A stretch of 64,000 nucleotides of DNA from Clostridiales bacterium (GCA_017510605.1 JAFWMQ010000008.1:82234-146233); one strand, 5' to 3'. Shown: positions 46,260 to 57,036, counted from the stretch's first letter. Notes: generated from the letters alone by a model not told the origin. Numbers and translations: made by a program.

Positions 46260-48257
46260 ATGAAAAGAATTGCAATAACGCTTATTGCTTCTGTTTTGGC
46301 TGCCACCATCTTAACCGGGTGTGGCGCTGCAGTTGTTCCGACGGAATCATCTGAGGAGACTGCGGTTAAAGAATTGCCGCCGGCGAGAGCCCAGGATGAC
46401 TATTACAGATTCATCAATCAGGACAGATTTGATATCTCTGAGTTTGAATACGGTGATAAGTCAGTTGAACTGGCTTTCAATGACAAGCCAATTAAAGACC
46501 AGATCGAGGAGATCATCGATGATGTGGCAGCCGGAAGCGGGTATGCCAAAGGAAGCGAAGAAGACGTCATTAAGCACGCATATGATTATTTCACGGCTTA
46601 TGATTTTGAGAAAGAACCGATTCCTGAAGATCTGATGGCAATGATAGAAGAAATAAACGGTGCATCTACGGTTGATGAACTTCTGGAAGCTGAAGCGAAG
46701 ATGTACAGGGATTATGGTTCTTCCGGCATCATTAACTTTACGGTCGACACAAATTATTTTAGTCCTCAGGAAAACATCTTAATGATTGTGCAGCTTGATA
46801 GAGTTCTTGGTACTAAGTTTGTTGATATACGTGACAGACAATATGCTTTGGATGATGTGATGGATTATGCCAAGTTGATCATGAGCACACTCGGTTATGA
46901 TAAAGAGACTTCCGAGAAGATCGGTAAGGAGCTGGCATATCTGACTCTTGATCTGTATGGCGAAACAGATCTTGAGATTACTGAAGCGCTTATGGGTTTT
47001 GAATATATGCAGGTTTATTCTGCTGATCAGGTAAAAGAGATATTAAGTAATGTTGATCTTGATAAGTATATGACAACAGTCGGTTTTGATACCTCAACGG
47101 TCAATTCATATATCCTGAATGATGAGAATCAGCTCAGGGCTATTAATTCCATTCTTGTTGATGAGAATTTAGATGCATTAAAGGCCTGGGAATTAGGAAT
47201 TCTTTACGGACATTACGCAAGATATATCGCTCCGCATTATCCGCAGCTTGCCGGAATAATAAAAAGAAATTATGATTCGATTCACGATCAGGCAATAGAT
47301 GAGATCATGGGAACATTCGTTGATGAGACAGATCCTCTTTATGTTGAGCGTTATTACACGCCTGAGATGGATGAGGCTTTAAGGAGTATGTGTGACGATA
47401 TAAGGGCAGGTTACAGAAAACTTATATCAGGTGCTGACTGGTTAAGCGAGCCGACCAGAAAAGAACTCCTTCAAAAACTTGAGAATATTGTATATGTTAC
47501 CGGAACAGATCTAAAGAGACATGACAATTCAAAGTATGCCGATATTTATGGCGATAACTACTATGAACTCTACATTAACTATTGCAAGATCAAAACACAG
47601 AAGATGATCGACAGTCTTAATGAACCTGTATCAAGGCTTGAGATAACTATGCCGATGCAGATGATGAATGCCTGCTATCATTTTTCAAAGAATAACATAA
47701 CGATAACCGCTGCGATAACCAGTGCGCCTTTCTTTGACGTGAATGCCGATTACTATACAAATCTCGGCGGTCTGGGAATGATAATCGCGCATGAAATGGG
47801 ACATGCTTTTGACAGCAACTGCATCCTGTTCAATTCAAAGGGCGAGTATAACCCGTCATGGATTCCTGATGCCGATATGCAGACGCTTCTTGCGCGAAAC
47901 GAGAAGGCAATAGCATATTTCGAAGATAACTTTACGGTATTCGGAATATACCATGTTAATGGTGAGAAAACACTGGGAGAGAACTATGCGGATCTGGGTG
48001 CTGTAGAGTGCATTGTCTCATTAACAAAGACGAAGGAAGACAGGATAAAGCTTTTCGAGAATTATGCTACGGTATGGTGCTCAATGGAAACAGATGATCT
48101 GGTTATAAACCTGATTGCATACGATGAGCACAGCCCGGAGATTATAAGAGTAAATGCTGTCCTCTCATCCATAGATGAATTCTATGAAACATATGATGTC
48201 CGCGAGGGCGACGGAATGTACATCGCACCTGAGAAGCGGATCTCACGCTGGTATTGA
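46260..48257 (+). CDS. M13 (neprilysin/PepO-like) metallopeptidase lipoprotein
   Basis: Lipobox LTGC; DDYYRFIN; NACY; AHEMGHAFD; GENYADLG; RVN. Confidence 0.93.
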   Translation: MKRIAITLIASVLAATILTGCGAAVVPTESSEETAVKELPPARAQDDYYRFINQDRFDISEFEYGDKSVELAFNDKPIKDQIEEIIDDVAAGSGYAKGSEEDVIKHAYDYFTAYDFEKEPIPEDLMAMIEEINGASTVDELLEAEAKMYRDYGSSGIINFTVDTNYFSPQENILMIVQLDRVLGTKFVDIRDRQYALDDVMDYAKLIMSTLGYDKETSEKIGKELAYLTLDLYGETDLEITEALMGFEYMQVYSADQVKEILSNVDLDKYMTTVGFDTSTVNSYILNDENQLRAINSILVDENLDALKAWELGILYGHYARYIAPHYPQLAGIIKRNYDSIHDQAIDEIMGTFVDETDPLYVERYYTPEMDEALRSMCDDIRAGYRKLISGADWLSEPTRKELLQKLENIVYVTGTDLKRHDNSKYADIYGDNYYELYINYCKIKTQKMIDSLNEPVSRLEITMPMQMMNACYHFSKNNITITAAITSAPFFDVNADYYTNLGGLGMIIAHEMGHAFDSNCILFNSKGEYNPSWIPDADMQTLLARNEKAIAYFEDNFTVFGIYHVNGEKTLGENYADLGAVECIVSLTKTKEDRIKLFENYATVWCSMETDDLVINLIAYDEHSPEIIRVNAVLSSIDEFYETYDVREGDGMYIAPEKRISRWY

Positions 48258-48273
48258 TATGGGGTGATTAGAA

Positions 48274-50736
48274 ATGAATATTGTTTTGAAAAATTCACTT
48301 AAAAATATATTCTGCAAACCATTCAGGACGATCCTTGTCGTATTTGCGATCTTTGTGTGCAGCCTCTGTGCAATGCTCTGCTTTGATCTTGGAAGCTGTC
48401 TTACTAAGATACTGACCAGTTATCTTGGAAGTGTATCAAGAGCGGATTTTATTGTTGTATCCGGAGGAAGCGATCTCTCATCTCTTCCGGAAGGTTTCCC
48501 TGAAGCGGACTATATGACCATAGTCTTGAATAGCGAGATATTATATAAAAAAGTTGACGGCGAGTATTGTTATGTATCTACGGATGATCTTGACATATAC
48601 GGTCTTGATATCGATGAAGCTGTTGACATGAAATTTGTGTCCAATATGGATATCGGATACGGTGAGATGTATGTATCCAAGGATTATGCCGAAGATTTCG
48701 GATATGAAGTCGGTGATAAGATCACCATTCACGACAGAGCAAGTAATGAAATAGAACTTACTATAGGCGGTGTGTTTCCCGAGGATACAAAGAATCCTCT
48801 TTTGGCGGATTATTGTGCCATAGTTAACCTGGAGACAAGCGATCTTATCTCATGCGGATACAGGGAAGCAGATATTCTTCTTATCGATCTTCACGATAAC
48901 AGCAGGATCGAGGAAGCAAAGGATCTTATAAAGGATACATATCCTGATGTAGAAACAATGGATCTTTTCCTTTCTGATGAAGATATGGCTCTGATGAATG
49001 AGATCCGCGCTGTTTTCTATCTCATGTTTGCCATTACATTCCTTCTCGTGATCTTTGTTACTGCTTCTATCTGCAACAGGATCGTAAATGAACGCATGTC
49101 TTATATCGGCACACTAAGAAGCTTAGGCATGAGCACGTCACGCACGGTTCGTATCCTTCTGCTCGAAAATATTCTCTATGCACTTCTGGGAAGTGTACCG
49201 GCTGTTGTCTTTTATGCGCTTATAAGAGACGGTATGCTCGATACCTTATTTACACTCGAAAACGAGAACGGCGCTATTCAGTTTGATATGCCTTCATTAC
49301 CCGTATCACTTATTATCGGTGTTGTTTTAGGTGCCGTGCTGATAGAATGTCTTATTCCGCTTAAGGCAATTCTTAAGGCATTGAAGACTTCGATCAGAGA
49401 TATCATTTTCGATAACAGGGATACTGAATACAGGTTCAGCAGATTAACTTTTGTTTCAGGCCTGATCCTGCTTGTGACAGCTATAGTTACTTTCTTCTTA
49501 CGCAAAAATATTATCTGCGCTATTTTGTGCCTTCTTTCCGCTGTCGTTGCACTCGCGTTCCTGTTCCCCAGATTGTTGAAACTCATATCAAAGGGAGTGC
49601 AGAAGATTGCTGACAAGAACGAGAAATCAGCATGGTCGCTTGCTGCAGTTGAGGCGATATCACGTAAAAGCACTGTCGGAAGCGGTGTCCTCAGTGCAAC
49701 TGCAGCTGCAATGTGTGTAGTTGTGTATGCAGTGTCAACTGCGATGGCAGGCACGATCAGCACCATACCCTACGATTGCAATGTGGTAATGGAAACAAGT
49801 AAACTTGGCAAGTACTACACCTATGTAGAACATCTTGAAGGTGTTACGGATGTTGAGTTTATTTATGGTTCCCTTCAGGAAATAAAGGTAGATACAGACG
49901 AGAAGAATACAGTTGTCAAATTCTATGGTTATCCGGACGGCGGATACAAGTGTTTTAAAGGTTTTACTGACCTTCCCGAAAGTATTGAGTCAGGTAAAAT
50001 CGTTATCGATAAGAAGTTTGCTACCCGTAAGGGATATTCAATAGGAGATTCTGTAAAGATAACAATAAATCCTGAGGGAGCTTTGCCGATCGAAAGGGAA
50101 TATAAGGTTCAGGCTATAACTGAAGGCAATCCTTATGACTCAGGAATAATAGGTCTTGTTTTCTCTGAAAAGGAGTATAAGACGCTGTTCCTTGATTATC
50201 CGGGAGGCTTACTTATAAAGTGTGATGATCCTGAGAATATAAAGGAAACTCTTGAGATATACGGAAAAGGAACATATAACAAAGTACAGACAATTGAAGA
50301 GATCATTGAAGAAACGGAAAGCAATAATTCCAAAACAATTGCAGTAATTACCGTAATAATTGCAATCTCTCTCGGTATGACTGCGATAGGTATGATCTCC
50401 AACCAGCTCCTGGGCTTTGAGGGAAGAAAGAAAGAATGTGCCATACTTCTGGCAACTTCAATGAATAAAGCCAAACTTTCAGGAATCCTTTTGAAGGAAG
50501 TTCTTATAACATCAATAACAGCGGCAGGTATCGGAACTATCGTCGGCTCGGTATTAACATTCGTATTACAGGCAGCAATGAATAATTCAGAGGTCCTGGT
50601 ATTGGATGTACAGGTCGATCCGGTTAAGAATATTCTGTTCTTCATCATGATGACGGTTGTGTTCACGGCAACGGTACTCTTCCCGATAAGGAACCTCAGA
50701 AAGATGAAGATATCGGAACAGCTTAAGTATGAGTGA
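48274..50736 (+). CDS. ABC transporter permease, double FtsX/MacB-like
   Basis: Two FtsX-like TM blocks (IGTLRSLG; ECAILLATS) with large extracellular loops. Confidence 0.88.
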   Translation: MNIVLKNSLKNIFCKPFRTILVVFAIFVCSLCAMLCFDLGSCLTKILTSYLGSVSRADFIVVSGGSDLSSLPEGFPEADYMTIVLNSEILYKKVDGEYCYVSTDDLDIYGLDIDEAVDMKFVSNMDIGYGEMYVSKDYAEDFGYEVGDKITIHDRASNEIELTIGGVFPEDTKNPLLADYCAIVNLETSDLISCGYREADILLIDLHDNSRIEEAKDLIKDTYPDVETMDLFLSDEDMALMNEIRAVFYLMFAITFLLVIFVTASICNRIVNERMSYIGTLRSLGMSTSRTVRILLLENILYALLGSVPAVVFYALIRDGMLDTLFTLENENGAIQFDMPSLPVSLIIGVVLGAVLIECLIPLKAILKALKTSIRDIIFDNRDTEYRFSRLTFVSGLILLVTAIVTFFLRKNIICAILCLLSAVVALAFLFPRLLKLISKGVQKIADKNEKSAWSLAAVEAISRKSTVGSGVLSATAAAMCVVVYAVSTAMAGTISTIPYDCNVVMETSKLGKYYTYVEHLEGVTDVEFIYGSLQEIKVDTDEKNTVVKFYGYPDGGYKCFKGFTDLPESIESGKIVIDKKFATRKGYSIGDSVKITINPEGALPIEREYKVQAITEGNPYDSGIIGLVFSEKEYKTLFLDYPGGLLIKCDDPENIKETLEIYGKGTYNKVQTIEEIIEETESNNSKTIAVITVIIAISLGMTAIGMISNQLLGFEGRKKECAILLATSMNKAKLSGILLKEVLITSITAAGIGTIVGSVLTFVLQAAMNNSEVLVLDVQVDPVKNILFFIMMTVVFTATVLFPIRNLRKMKISEQLKYE

Positions 50737-50756
50737 TAAGTATGGAGGATAATAAA

Positions 50757-51431
50757 ATGAATAAAATAATTGAAGTAAACAACGTCAGCAAAACATTCGG
50801 AAAGAACGGAAATCTGAATCAGGTTTTGAATGGTGCATGCATGTCCGTAGATCAGGGTGAATTCGTCTCGCTCATGGGTGCATCAGGTTCCGGTAAATCA
50901 ACACTGTTGTATCTAATCGGAGGATTGGACAGAGCTTTCGAAGGAAACATCTCTTTATGCGGTAAAGATATCGGATCTATGAAAGACAAAGAACTCTCAA
51001 ACTTAAGACTCAATAACATGGGATTTGTGTTCCAGTTTTATAATCTTGTCATGAACCTTAATGTTGCTGATAATATCCTGCTTCCTCAAACCATAAACGG
51101 GAAAAAGAGATCGGAATTAAAGAGTGCGTTAGATGAGATCCTGGAGATCACAGGATTAACAGAAAAGAGAAAAGCAATGCCTAATACATTATCCGGAGGA
51201 CAGCAGCAGAGAGTTGCTATTGCAAGAGCAGTAATAGGTAATCCGTCGATAATTCTTGCAGACGAACCTACGGGTAATCTTGATGCTCAATCTACGGTCG
51301 AGATAATGGAACTGTTCAAGAATCTGAACAGGGAAAAGAATATGACGATCCTTCAGGTAACACACTCCGAACAGTGCGCCGGATACGGAACAAGAACTGT
51401 ACGTCTTGAGGACGGAAAGACTATAGGATAA
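50757..51431 (+). CDS. ABC transporter ATP-binding protein (LolD/MacB-like)
   Basis: [36 protein letters not shown]. Confidence 0.96.
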   Translation: MNKIIEVNNVSKTFGKNGNLNQVLNGACMSVDQGEFVSLMGASGSGKSTLLYLIGGLDRAFEGNISLCGKDIGSMKDKELSNLRLNNMGFVFQFYNLVMNLNVADNILLPQTINGKKRSELKSALDEILEITGLTEKRKAMPNTLSGGQQQRVAIARAVIGNPSIILADEPTGNLDAQSTVEIMELFKNLNREKNMTILQVTHSEQCAGYGTRTVRLEDGKTIG

Positions 51432-51461
51432 TACCCTCACTACCCCAAGATATAGAAACAG

Positions 51462-51495
51462 AAAGCAGCTCATGCCACGGCAGGGCTGCTTTTTG
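51462..51495 (+). terminator. Intrinsic terminator
   Basis: AAAGCAGC...TGCC-ac-GGCA...GCTGCTTTTT. Confidence 0.75.
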
Positions 51496-51505
51496 TATTT
51501 ACAAC

Positions 51506-51551
51506 TTGACAATGTAAAGATTGAGCTTATAATCAATGTTGACAGTGTCAA
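51506..51551 (+). promoter_or_regulatory. Sigma-A promoter with two TTGACA-N-TGTCAA operators
   Basis: TTGACA (51506-11), 16 nt, TATAAT (51528-33). Perfect TTGACAGTGTCAA at 51539-51 and imperfect TTGACAATGTAAA at 51506-18. Confidence 0.8.
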
Positions 51552-51566
51552 GATTGGAGCGAAATC

Positions 51567-52643
51567 GTGAGAAAGAATATTATGATAATACTGTTGTGTG
51601 TAGCCGGATTCGTGCTTGCGTTATTTACTGTCTGGGCTTTAATAAGTCCGGGCCGTATACGGACATATAATGAACCGGGCAGTCTGTCTGAAAAGTTTGT
51701 TATGGATATAAACGGTGCTCCAAACGGATTTTTCATTAATAGTAAAAACCTTGATAATCCTGTTTTGCTGTTTGTATCAAGCGGTCCCGGTACTGATGAC
51801 TATGTATTTACGGATAAATACAAAGATATGCATATTGAAGATGAATTTACGATTGTATACTGGGATTACCGTTATATGGGAATTGCTTATAACGGCGATA
51901 TGGATATTGACAGTGTAAATATCGATAACCTTTTGAATGATACATATACTGTAACCGAATATCTTAAGGAGCGGTTTAACAAAGAGAAGATCTTTATCAT
52001 GGGTTTCTCCGGAGGATCCAAGATCGCATTAATGGAAGCAGAACAGCATCCTGAAAATTACTATGCTTATATAGGCATGGCTCAATGCGTAACTGATTCT
52101 GAAGAAAACGATACCATAATGTATGACTTCATGAAGGGAGTTTTCGAAGAGCGCTGCGATAAGAGAAGACTAAATAAACTTGAAGACTCGGTCATTCATC
52201 TTGACAGTGGTAATATTAAGTGTAAGGATTGGTATGCATATGTTAATCTTTTGCATGATGCGGGCGGAGGAACGATACATAACAAATCTGAATTTGAAGG
52301 TATAACCTGGCCGATCATTACGTGCAGTTGTTATACGCTCAAAGAAAAGATCAATTATGTTATCGGAATGAAAAAATACCGTACGACACCACTCTGTTCT
52401 GAACTTGATGATTTCGATTACAGAAAGAGCATTATTGATATGAAGATCCCTGTTTTCTTTATCAGCGGTGAATACGATTATAACTGTCCCTGGAAACTTG
52501 CAGAGGAATATTGTGATCTTCTGAACGCACCTCAAAAGAAGTTTTACAGGATTTCAGGTTCTGCACACAGTCCTTTGTGGGAGAATGTTGAAGATACACA
52601 TAATGCACTTAAGGAGATAAAGGAGATGACGCTTAATGGCTGA
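51567..52643 (+). CDS. Alpha/beta hydrolase (proline iminopeptidase-like), N-terminal TM
   Basis: LLFVSSGPG, VYWDYR, GFSGGS, GEYDY, SAHSP. Confidence 0.87.
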   Translation: MRKNIMIILLCVAGFVLALFTVWALISPGRIRTYNEPGSLSEKFVMDINGAPNGFFINSKNLDNPVLLFVSSGPGTDDYVFTDKYKDMHIEDEFTIVYWDYRYMGIAYNGDMDIDSVNIDNLLNDTYTVTEYLKERFNKEKIFIMGFSGGSKIALMEAEQHPENYYAYIGMAQCVTDSEENDTIMYDFMKGVFEERCDKRRLNKLEDSVIHLDSGNIKCKDWYAYVNLLHDAGGGTIHNKSEFEGITWPIITCSCYTLKEKINYVIGMKKYRTTPLCSELDDFDYRKSIIDMKIPVFFISGEYDYNCPWKLAEEYCDLLNAPQKKFYRISGSAHSPLWENVEDTHNALKEIKEMTLNG

Positions 52644-53211
52644 CACTTATCATCATGGCAATCTCAGACAGGCATTGATCGATGCCGGAATAAAGATTAT
52701 TAATGAGAGCGGAGAAGAAAACCTGTCACTTCGTAAAGTTGCCGCAGCATGTAATGTCTCGCACGCTGCACCTTATGCTCACTTTAAGGATAAGGAAGAG
52801 CTTATCAATGCTATCAAGAATAATGTTACGGAAAGGTTCATGGAAGAACTTGAGACTGCAGTAAACGGAAAGATAAGTGCTGATGAAGCAATTATTGCTA
52901 TGGGCAAGACATATGTTACTTTCTTCAGCAATAATCCCGATTATTATGTTTTCCTTTTTGGCAAGCAAAACATTACTGCACATCTTCAGATGAATAAGGA
53001 ATACAAGAATGATTACCCGCCGTTTTTGCTCTTGCGCAGAATGTATTTGAAGCATCTGGAAGAATCAGGTCAGGAGAAGACATTTGAAGAACAGGAGATA
53101 GAACTGATCAAGATATGGTCGATCGTTCACGGCATGGCATCTATTGCATGTATGAAAGGTATAAAATCATCGATAGACTGGAATAACCTGGATGAGAGAC
53201 TTCTTGTCTGA
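52636..53211 (+). CDS. TetR family regulator (WHG-type C-terminus)
   Basis: YHHGNLRQALI; LSLRKVAAACNVSHAAPYAHF; IWSIVHG. Confidence 0.93.
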   Translation: MADTYHHGNLRQALIDAGIKIINESGEENLSLRKVAAACNVSHAAPYAHFKDKEELINAIKNNVTERFMEELETAVNGKISADEAIIAMGKTYVTFFSNNPDYYVFLFGKQNITAHLQMNKEYKNDYPPFLLLRRMYLKHLEESGQEKTFEEQEIELIKIWSIVHGMASIACMKGIKSSIDWNNLDERLLV

Positions 53212-53225
53212 TAAATGAAAGGATA

Positions 53226-53636
53226 ATGGATATGAATATAATCTATAAAGATACTCACGATTTCACGGAAGACCAGCTTAAGGACCTTTTCCTCTCAGTC
53301 GACTGGTCTTCAGGGCATTTCCCCGATAAACTGGTGACAGCAATGAAAAACTACAAAGCTGTTTATTCAGCCTGGGACGGAGATAAGCTTGCCGGTATGA
53401 TCTGTGCAATGGATGACGGAATAATGAATGCTTATGTTCATTATCTTTTGGTCAATCCGGAATATCACGGACAAGCTATTGGCAGAACACTAGTTGATTT
53501 GGTGAAAGAACATTATATAGATTATCTGCGTATATGCGTAATTGCTTACGATACTGCAGTAGAGTTTTATAAAAGATGCGGATTTGAGATAAGCGAAGGC
53601 GCTTCTCCTATGTGCATCACATCGCTTTGGACTTAA
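53226..53636 (+). CDS. GNAT N-acetyltransferase
   Basis: LLVNPEYHGQAIG; FYKRCGF. Confidence 0.9.
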   Translation: MDMNIIYKDTHDFTEDQLKDLFLSVDWSSGHFPDKLVTAMKNYKAVYSAWDGDKLAGMICAMDDGIMNAYVHYLLVNPEYHGQAIGRTLVDLVKEHYIDYLRICVIAYDTAVEFYKRCGFEISEGASPMCITSLWT

Positions 53637-53652
53637 CGGGGAGGGAAGTTAG

Positions 53653-54132
53653 ATGGGTCTGTTCGATAATATCGGTAAAAAAGGAAATGCGGGTGAACTG
53701 AGATCATTCAGTTATAGTCCCGGATATTGCGATATGATGGGGGCAGGTCATCGAGACTGTCTCGAAAAGAACGACGAAGGACAATGGGTCTTTATCAGCA
53801 GAAACCGTGAGAATCACAGTGAACCGTTTATGGTTACGACTTATGCTGTGGATGAAGTAGCAGCTGCAAGATTTGAGTCTTTTCTTAAGGAAAGAAATCT
53901 TATTTCACTATCAAAACGGTTGGACAGCAAAGAGTTCGTTACCGATTACAGTCCGTGGAGTTATGGAATAGTTTTTGACTGTTCAAAGATCGGTGGAAGC
54001 AGCTTTGATGACTACTGTATCTCGCAGTATCGAGTATACTCAAAAAAAGATACGGAACTGTTAAAAGAAATCAGGGACATGTTCTATGCCCTCAAGGGAG
54101 ATGTAATCTCTGAAATTGAAGAAAAGGATTGA
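53653..54132 (+). CDS. Hypothetical protein
   Basis: 159-aa ORF with SD GGGAGG, co-directional with neighbours. Confidence 0.7.
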   Translation: MGLFDNIGKKGNAGELRSFSYSPGYCDMMGAGHRDCLEKNDEGQWVFISRNRENHSEPFMVTTYAVDEVAAARFESFLKERNLISLSKRLDSKEFVTDYSPWSYGIVFDCSKIGGSSFDDYCISQYRVYSKKDTELLKEIRDMFYALKGDVISEIEEKD

Positions 54133-54142
54133 AGCTGACAAG

Positions 54143-54595
54143 ATGACTATCAGTAAAGCAAAGTATGACGATCTTCAGGAGATACTGGATCTGCAGTATC
54201 TTGCTTATCAGAGTGAAGCAAGGTTGTTCGGAAATAAGGATATTCCTCCCCTGAAGCAGACGCTCGATGAATTAAGAGAAGAATATAACAACGGTCTGAT
54301 CTTGAAGATGGTTTCTGATGACAAGATCATCGGTTCGGTCCGTGCTCATGAGAAGGATGGTACTGCATACATCGGCAAACTGATGGTTCATCCTGATCAT
54401 AGGTGTAAAGGCTTCGGGAGCATGCTGTTAGATGAGATAGAAAATTATTATCCCGACAAGCGCTATGAACTTTTCACGAGTACGAGGAGTGAAGATAATA
54501 TCCGCCTGTATCAAAAACACGGCTATAAGATCTTTGACCGTAAAGAGATCAGTGACGAACTGGTGTTCGTGTATCTGGAGAAGATATCGAAATAA
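54143..54595 (+). CDS. GNAT N-acetyltransferase
   Basis: LMVHPDHRCKGFG; NIRLYQKHGY. Confidence 0.88.
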   Translation: MTISKAKYDDLQEILDLQYLAYQSEARLFGNKDIPPLKQTLDELREEYNNGLILKMVSDDKIIGSVRAHEKDGTAYIGKLMVHPDHRCKGFGSMLLDEIENYYPDKRYELFTSTRSEDNIRLYQKHGYKIFDRKEISDELVFVYLEKISK

Positions 54596-54599
54596 ATTA

Positions 54600-55034
54600 T
54601 TACTGCACTTTTTTATATATTGTTCCGTCATATGCCCATGAGGCATAAATATAATTGTCAGTGCCTTTGATCTCCCAGACATACATTGGTTCAATATTCT
54701 TATCATCCGGTTTGGAATCAAATAAGACTCTGCCTAATAGTCTTCCTTTATCCGAGGAATGATAGACATTATCGTAATTTGCTTTGTAGGTATCTTCGCC
54801 GATGGTTATTATTTCATATTCGCTTCCGCTGAATGTGCCTATGGTTTTGTTCAGTTCATAATTTAATAGGGCAATCGAAGCAATAAAAGTAAAGATTATG
54901 GCGCATGGGATGATTATGGCGATTCGCCGCTTATTCCCGCCGGCCTTTATTCCTTTAACCATTAAAATGATCCCGGGAACAATAAGTGACGGTAAAAGAG
55001 CTGACAACGTAAAGGAAAACATGATAACTCCCAT
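54600..55034 (-). CDS. Hypothetical membrane protein
   Basis: Two TM helices; ATG 55034 follows the upstream stop closely. Confidence 0.65.
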   Translation of the reverse strand: MGVIMFSFTLSALLPSLIVPGIILMVKGIKAGGNKRRIAIIIPCAIIFTFIASIALLNYELNKTIGTFSGSEYEIITIGEDTYKANYDNVYHSSDKGRLLGRVLFDSKPDDKNIEPMYVWEIKGTDNYIYASWAYDGTIYKKVQ

Positions 55035-55035
55035 A

Positions 55036-55356
55036 TTATGTTTCCGAGAAGAACTTTTTCTTATCCTTTTCGGCTTCGCGGACTGCTTCAATCATGCGGA
55101 TGTGTTTCTCACGTCTGTTCCTGGCTATGAAAGCTCCAAGGATAAGGAGTACGGCAGATAAAACAGCCGGAGCCATTCGGAAGCAGTCGATGTAAAAGTT
55201 TGCTGTGTCAACGTCCATCTTTCGCTCAACGACAAGCATATAGAAATATATATTGGCCATTACATAGACTATGCACATCAGTACAAATAGGATCGGAGCT
55301 GTTATTACAAACGGTTTATAAAATCTGAAAAAAGGTGCTGTGTCGTTGTATTCCAT
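55036..55356 (-). CDS. Hypothetical protein, two TM helices
   Basis: SD AGGAGG before ATG 55356. Confidence 0.7.
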   Translation of the reverse strand: MEYNDTAPFFRFYKPFVITAPILFVLMCIVYVMANIYFYMLVVERKMDVDTANFYIDCFRMAPAVLSAVLLILGAFIARNRREKHIRMIEAVREAEKDKKKFFSET

Positions 55357-55545
55357 TTTCTGCCTCCTTTGTGATGTGTTGTGATCAAGTATCTTCGAAA
55401 ATGATATATACTCAGTTTCCGTCTTCATAAGAGATGGATATTATGTTTCCGGTGTTGAGGTAATCATACACCTTGATAATTTGTTTTGCAACAAAAATTT
55501 ATCGAATTTCAATAAAATTTTGTTGTTTGTTCGAATAACACGCTT

Positions 55546-55692
55546 CTGAGCAATGTATATGATTTTTCAGTCAAGGACAGAAAAGAAAACGATGTCAGCC
55601 TTGAGGAGTATAAAGGTAAAGTGCTTCTTATAGTCAATAATGCGACAGGATGCGGCTTTACACCGCGAAGTAAGTTGTTTTCGAAAGATTAA
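55546..55692 (+). pseudogene. Glutathione peroxidase N-terminal remnant
   Basis: Reads (L)[39 protein letters not shown], then unrelated RSKLFSKD*. The start position is CTG and there is no SD. Confidence 0.85.
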
Positions 55693-55744
55693 CAATAAAG
55701 AAAGATGTGACGTGTATAATCTTCTAAAAGGAGAATTTTGATCT

Positions 55745-56929
55745 ATGCAGCAACGCAGAGGAATTTCTATCCTGGGATATGGATGCATGAGATTTACAAA
55801 GAGCGGCGGTTCCATCGACTTTGAGAAAGCCGATAAAGAATTCATGCGCGCTTTTGAGCTCGGTGTCAATTATTTTGATACCGCCTATATCTATCCCGGA
55901 AGCGAAGATGTAGTCGGACGTATTATCGAGAAGAACGGGATCAGGGACAAGATCAATCTTGCAACCAAACTGCCTCAATACCTCATTACAAACCGCGCGG
56001 GTCTAGATAAGTATTTCAACGAGGAACTGAAGCGCTTAAGAACAGATTATGTTGACTACTATCTGATGCATCACATGACGGATCTTGCACAATGGGAAAA
56101 GCTCAAAGCGGTCGGTATTATCGAGTGGATAGAGGAAAAAAAGAAGAGCGGCCAGATAAGGAATATCGGTTTCTCATTCCATGGTGATACCGATACATTT
56201 AAGAGCATTTTGTATGCATATGACTGGGATATGTGTCTCGTCCAGTACAATTATTTTGACGAGCATACCCAGGCCGGACGCGCAGGCATAAAGGCTGCAG
56301 CTGAAAAGGGATTGAAAGTGTTCATCATGGAGCCTTTAAGAGGCGGCAAATTAGTTGATCTTCTGCCCGAGAAAGCCAAGCGTGAGATCGCAAATGAACC
56401 TCACGGCAGGACTCCTGCCGAATGGGCATTCAGATGGCTTTGGGATCAGCCTGAGATCACATGCGTTCTTTCAGGAATGAACTCCATTGATATGATCGAG
56501 GAGAACTGCAGGATCGCATCAGAAGCTAAGGCCGGGGATTACGGTCCTGAAGAGAAAGCTTTTATCGAGAAGATAAAGTCATATATCATCGAGAGCACAA
56601 AGGTTAACTGCACCGGTTGCAGATACTGCATGCCGTGTCCCAAGGGTGTTGACATCCCTGCGATATTCTCGTGCTATAACCATATGTATTCAGAGAATAA
56701 GAGTTCGGGAAGACTCGAATATTTCCAGACGGTCGCATTGAGGATGACTCAAGCCGATGCTTCGCTGTGTGTTCAGTGCGGCAAGTGCGAAAAGCATTGT
56801 CCGCAGAGCATCCCGATCAGGGAAAAACTGAAAGAAGCGGATAAGCATCTCCGGCCATGGTGGCAGAAGATCTATCTGAAGGCTGCAAAGCGTGCCATGA
56901 TCGGAAAGAAAAAGAAATCAACGTCCTGA
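55745..56929 (+). CDS. Aldo/keto reductase with C-terminal 4Fe-4S ferredoxin domain
   Basis: LGYGCMR, NYFDTAYIY, DYYLMH, IGFSFH, MEPLRGG; CTGCRYCMPC and CVQCGKCEKHCP. Confidence 0.92.
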   Translation: MQQRRGISILGYGCMRFTKSGGSIDFEKADKEFMRAFELGVNYFDTAYIYPGSEDVVGRIIEKNGIRDKINLATKLPQYLITNRAGLDKYFNEELKRLRTDYVDYYLMHHMTDLAQWEKLKAVGIIEWIEEKKKSGQIRNIGFSFHGDTDTFKSILYAYDWDMCLVQYNYFDEHTQAGRAGIKAAAEKGLKVFIMEPLRGGKLVDLLPEKAKREIANEPHGRTPAEWAFRWLWDQPEITCVLSGMNSIDMIEENCRIASEAKAGDYGPEEKAFIEKIKSYIIESTKVNCTGCRYCMPCPKGVDIPAIFSCYNHMYSENKSSGRLEYFQTVALRMTQADASLCVQCGKCEKHCPQSIPIREKLKEADKHLRPWWQKIYLKAAKRAMIGKKKKSTS

Positions 56930-57036
56930 TGTATATCCGGGAAACGGAACTAAACATAATGAAACGTGACTTCTTTTAAAACTAACTGTTACTTCGATTG
57001 CTTTTGCCATCTTAAGATGTTAACGTATGCTTGATA

